The notes beneath the pieces were generated by a model. That model searched no databases. It was given only the letters and a program-made list of their open reading frames with translations, and was not told the origin of the DNA. From Mustelus asterias (lineage: Eukaryota), in the NCBI RefSeq assembly GCF_964213995.1, contig NC_135805.1, forward strand, positions 76,818,001 to 76,882,000: a DNA stretch of 64,000 nt. The letters are read 5' to 3'. This document shows, piece by piece, positions 59,451 through 64,000 of this stretch. A program made the translations under genes and the position numbers. The stretch's first letter is position 1. Every line of letters starts with the position of its first letter.

Positions 59451-61150
59451 TGATTTGATTTGGTTTGATGTATTATCATCACATGTATTAATGAACAGTG
59501 AAAAGTATTGTTGCATGCTAAACAGACAAAATATACCATACATAGAGAAGGAAAGGAGAGAGTGCAGAATGTAGTGTTACAATCATAGCTAGGGTATAGA
59601 GAAAGATCAACTTAATGCGAGGTAGGTCCATTCAAAAGTCTGATGGCAGCAGGGAAGTAACTGTTTTTGAGTTAGGTGGTACATGTCCTTAAACTTTTGT
59701 ATCTTTTTCCCAATGGAAGCAGGTGAAGAGAGTTTGTCCAGGGTGCATGGGGTCTTTGATTATGCTGGCTGCTTTTCCAAGTGTAGACAGTGTCAATGGA
59801 TGGGAGGCTGGTTTGAGTGATAGACTGGGCTTCGTTCACGACTCTTTGTAGTTTATTTCGGTCTTGGACGGAGCAGGAGACATACCAAGCTGTGATACAG
59901 CCGGAAAGAATGCTTTCTATGGTGCACCTGTATAAGTTGGTGACAGTTGTAGCCGACATGCCAAATTTCCTTAGTCCCCTGAGAAAGTAGAGGCACTGGC
60001 GGGCTTTCTTAACTACAGTGTCGGCATGGGGGAATCAGGACAGGTTGTTGGTGATCTGGACACCTAAAACCTTGAAGCTCTTGACCATTTCTACTTCATC
60101 CCTGTTGGTGTAGACAGGGGCATGCCCTCCACTACGCTTCCTGAAGTCGATGACTATCTCTTTTGTTTTGTTGACATTGAGGGAGAGATTATTGTCGTCG
60201 CACCAGTTCACCAGATTCTCTTATCTCTTTCCTGTCCTCTGTCTCATCATTGTTTGAGATTTGAACCACAATGGTGGTGTCATCAGCAAACTTGAAAATC
60301 GAGTTGGAGGGGAATTTGGCCATACAGTCTGAGGTGTATAAGGAGTATAGCAAAGGGCTGAGGACACAGCCTTGTGGAGCACCGGTGTTGACGATGATTG
60401 TGGAGGAGGTGTTGTTGCCTATTCTTACTGACTGCGGTCTGTGGGATAGGAAGTCTAGGATCTAGAGGGAGGAGCTGAGCCCCAGGCCACGGAGTTTGGG
60501 GATGAGTCTCGTAGGAATAATGGTGTTAAAGACTGAGCTGTAGTCTATGAATAGGAGTCTGACATAGGTGTCCTTGTTATCTAGGTGTTCCAGGGTTGAG
60601 TGCAGGGCCAGGGAGATTGCATCTGCTGCAGACCTGTTGCGGCAATAGGCAAACTGTAGTGGATCCAGGCAATCTGGTAGGCAGGAATTGATTGTGTCAT
60701 GACTAACCTTTAGAAGCACTTCATAATGATGGATGTCAGAGCCACCGGACAATAGTCATTAAGGCATTAAGGCCTGGCTTTTCTCTGGTATCGGGATGAT
60801 GGTCATCTTCTTGGACCTCAGATTGCTGTAAAGAGAGGTTGAAGATATCTGCAAATACCCCTGCCAGCTGGTCCGTGCGGGACCTGAGTGCTTGTCTGGG
60901 TACCCCATCGGGCCAGTTGCCGTCCGTGGGCTGATTTTTGAGAAGGCTGCTCGGCAATGGTGACCTCAGATACAAGTTCGTCCGAGGCTTCCTTGATGGA
61001 GGACGTGCTCTCGCTGACCTCTTGCAGGCATAGAATGCATTGAGCTCATCAGAGAGGGGTGCATTGGAGCTAGTGATTTTACCTGCCTTAATCTTGTAGC
61101 CTGTTATGTCTTGCAGACCTTGCCATAGTTGGCGTGAGTTGTGTGGCCAG
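59451..61150 (-). mobile_element. Rex1/Babar-clade LINE, 5'-truncated, inserted in an older CR1 3' fragment
   Basis: Peptides [15 protein letters not shown]...[15 protein letters not shown] and YRCTIESILSGCITAWY. TSD cactc (59446-59450 / 61151-61155). The host CR1 continues at 59385-59450 and 61151-61300. Confidence 0.9.
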
Positions 61151-61769
61151 CACTCAATATTATCATCGTTGATCTTGGGCTTCAACATCATTTTCCTGCC
61201 CACTCCCTATTTCCTTGAATTCCCTGAGAGATCAAAAAATCTGTCCTTCGTAGTCTTAAATATAATCAACGATGGAGCATTCACAACCCTCTGGGTTGAT
61301 TTACATTCACTTGACAGTCAGTGGCTGGACACTCATTTTGTCTTAGTGATTGAAATGGGCAGTTCAAGGGCACCAATTGGATAATGCGCTGATTCAGCTA
61401 ATAGACTTCAATTTCCGTCGCCAAGAGTGGATTGGTGGTACTGCCACAGTCTGAGCTGGTTAGATCTTGAAGAACAAAGTTGCCGGACTGCCTGTCTGTC
61501 AGGTGATGGGAGATAACTGACAAGGGAAAACCTATGAGACTTTGTCCTTACCCTATGCCTGACACAGATTAATCTGTCCCTGACAGGATTCAAAGGAAAG
61601 ATCACCACACAGTCCTTGTGAACAGAGTCCCATCTTTACACGAAAGATTCCACCATGCGGCACTACCATCATGCTAAGTGTGATAGACTAAGAACAGGTG
61701 TAACAACTCAAAACAAGTGTTCATGAAGCTCCATGAGCCTCGCACAGCAGCAGAACTGTCAATCACCAC

Positions 61770-63150
61770 ATTGCCTCCTCATAAACCAGCATCTCCTTCA
61801 CACTGTGATCACCATCCAGCTGGATTGCCCACCCTGGTTCAAAGAGGCATGTAGCAGGGCATGCCAGAGTTGCAGCAGGCATGTCTGAAAATGAGGTGAA
61901 ACTAGAACACAGAACTATATGCATGGTAAAGAGTGGAAGCAGCATGCTATCGACAGGACTAAATGATCCCACAACCAAAAGAGCAGATCAAATCTCCATA
62001 GTCCTGCCATATCCAGCCACAGGCAATGATAAAATATTAAATAACAGGTGGAGGAAGATCCATGAACATCCCCATCCTCATTGATAACAGAGCCCAGGAC
62101 ATGAGTGCAAAAGACAATTGACACCATCTTCAGCCAGATGTGCAGATTTAGCCAGCAATAGCCTGCTCTCCAATGCTTAGTTTGAGTTCTGATGGTGCCA
62201 TTTGGACTTGGACCTCCTTAAAGCCTTGAGGCCAAACATGGATACAAGAGTTGAAATCTAGACATGAAGCGAGTGTAATTACCCTTGCCATCAAAGCAGC
62301 ATTCCACCAAATATGGCATTAAGAAGCCCTAGTGAAATCAAAGTCAATGGGAAAACTCTCCAGTGACTGGAGTTACAATTAACATAAAGGAAAATGGCTT
62401 TGGTTGTTGAAGGCAAATCATCTCAGCCCCAGGATATTAGTGCAGGAGTTCCTCAGGGCAACATTCTGTCCCAAATATCTTCAGTTGTTTCATCAATGAA
62501 CTTCCCCCACAACTCCTCCCCACCCCCACTCCCATTCCAAGATTTGCTGATGATTCCAGTGTTCAGTTCCATACACAATTCCTTGAATAATGAGAGAGTT
62601 CACTACATTCAATGCTGTCATCAGCATGCAGAATTCACCATTGAGCAGAAACTGGGACTAGCCACATAAATGCTGTTGCTTAGAGTAGGTCAGAGGCTGA
62701 ATTGTCTGTGGAAAGATGACACTTCCTGACTCCCAAGTCCTAGGAGTGTGATGGGATACTCTCCACTTACTTGGACGAGTGCAGCTCCAACAATACTCAA
62801 GAAATTTGACACCATCCAGGACAAAGCACTGCTCTTGCTGCCCCGTCCATCGCCTTAGCATCTATTCTTCTACCCTGTTGGCATAACATCATTGCAGTGT
62901 ATACTTTCACTGGAACAATTTATCAAAGTTTTTTCAGCAGCACTTCCCAACCCCACAAATTTCACCATTGAAAAAGGCAAAAGGTAACAGATACCACCAA
63001 CTCCAAATTCCCCTCAAAGTCACACATACCGTCTGACTTGCACATATGTCACTATCTTCATCATTCAGCCAAAATCCTGGAATTTTTTGTCCAACACCAT
63101 TGTGGGAGCATTTTCACCACATGGACTGCACCATGGTTCAAGAAGAAGAT
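61770..63150 (+). mobile_element. Degraded CR1-clade LINE (family of 20870-21530)
   Basis: GKSSQPQDISAGVPQG.IL peptide; 62740-63145 is similar to 21010-21440. Confidence 0.75.
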
Positions 63151-64000
63151 CTTTTAATATCTCCTTCTCCCACATGGTGACATATCACATTCAAGCTGAG
63201 AGCAGGCTGGGCTTATTTCTGGATTTTGAGTACAGTCATTCCTAAATCACTTGATGAGAGCCAAGAGAATGTTGCAGAGATTGACTTATTTTATGAGTTT
63301 GTTTGCCTCCTCCAGATAAAGTAAATGAGGAAAGCTTAGATAGAATCCATTTTCCACTATCCAGATCACAGATGGGTGAACTCGTGTGTTGCACAACTGG
63401 ATCATCCTGATAGTCTTTTACCCGATGGTGTAGAAAGCATCAAAATAATAAACCTGCCACAGGAAATGCCAGTGAAGCAGTCTTAGATTTGAACTGATTA
63501 CTCATTTTGTTGTACCTCATCACAATATGTCTAGACACCTTTCTCTCCTTTCCGGGAATACGGTTGCTATGGTGAAATGAACTGGAATTGTTTATTGTGG
63601 TATTATACAGAAGAGTGTGCAATAATGCAATGGCTGATTGATACAATAACATAACTGCATCTGCCGCCACACAAATTACCTTTCGTTCTAGTTTCTGAAA
63701 CAAGTAAAAATGTGGAAATCCTATCCCAAAATTTCACTCTGGAGTAAACATAATTTCAGCATAAATTCTCCTTGGCAGCCAGTTGCGATGATAGTTGAGA
63801 TAGGCTTTGAATGCGGCGATGTCTGGATCTTTCTAAACAGTTTTAACCGTGGTGTCAATTTTTTTTAAAAGGCTCGAGAAGCACTGACCGCAGTCTAAAC
63901 AAGCTTGCATAGTAAACATTCAGTATGAATTCAGAGTTTTGTTTTAGCCTTAATAATATAAAAATCATGAAGAAAATTTGATTATCCTGAAAGAAGATTC

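Noticed and set aside
63421-63452. Candidate upstream TMEM244 exon (cag|GTT TAT TAT TTT GAT GCT TTC TAC ACC ATC GG|gtaaaa)
   Set aside because: The phase fits, but it is too short, the donor is weak and it lacks the expected hydrophobic helix. Upstream exons are probably outside the window.

Overview
Eukaryotic, repeat-dense intronic DNA, most likely from a shark or other elasmobranch (inferred from HE1-type SINEs, HER1/CR1 LINEs and Deu-type SINE remnants). The only host gene I can support is TMEM244 on the minus strand. Three internal exons have canonical splice sites and matching phases (47656-47729, 33602-33727, 23940-23984); the first and last exons were not found. Most of the rest is transposable elements: a ~5 kb two-gene Harbinger plus older remnants and MITEs, a full-length Gypsy (277-bp LTRs, 5-bp TSD), several CR1 LINEs (one nearly intact), L2, Rex1/Babar, solo-LTR-like sequences, and Penelope-like elements (PLEs). 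Four observations stand out. (1) At least six minimal hammerhead-ribozyme motifs with covarying stems, including a fold-back PLE carrying two. (2) The Gypsy has no tRNA primer-binding site; instead a 15-nt complement of its own LTR poly(A)-signal region sits there, and its RT motif is YLDN. (3) A CR1 insertion beside a TMEM244 exon appears to have captured ~540 bp from the neighbouring intron. (4) Several other locally templated insertions. All calls were read by eye; no database search or folding was run, and the ends of degraded repeats are approximate.
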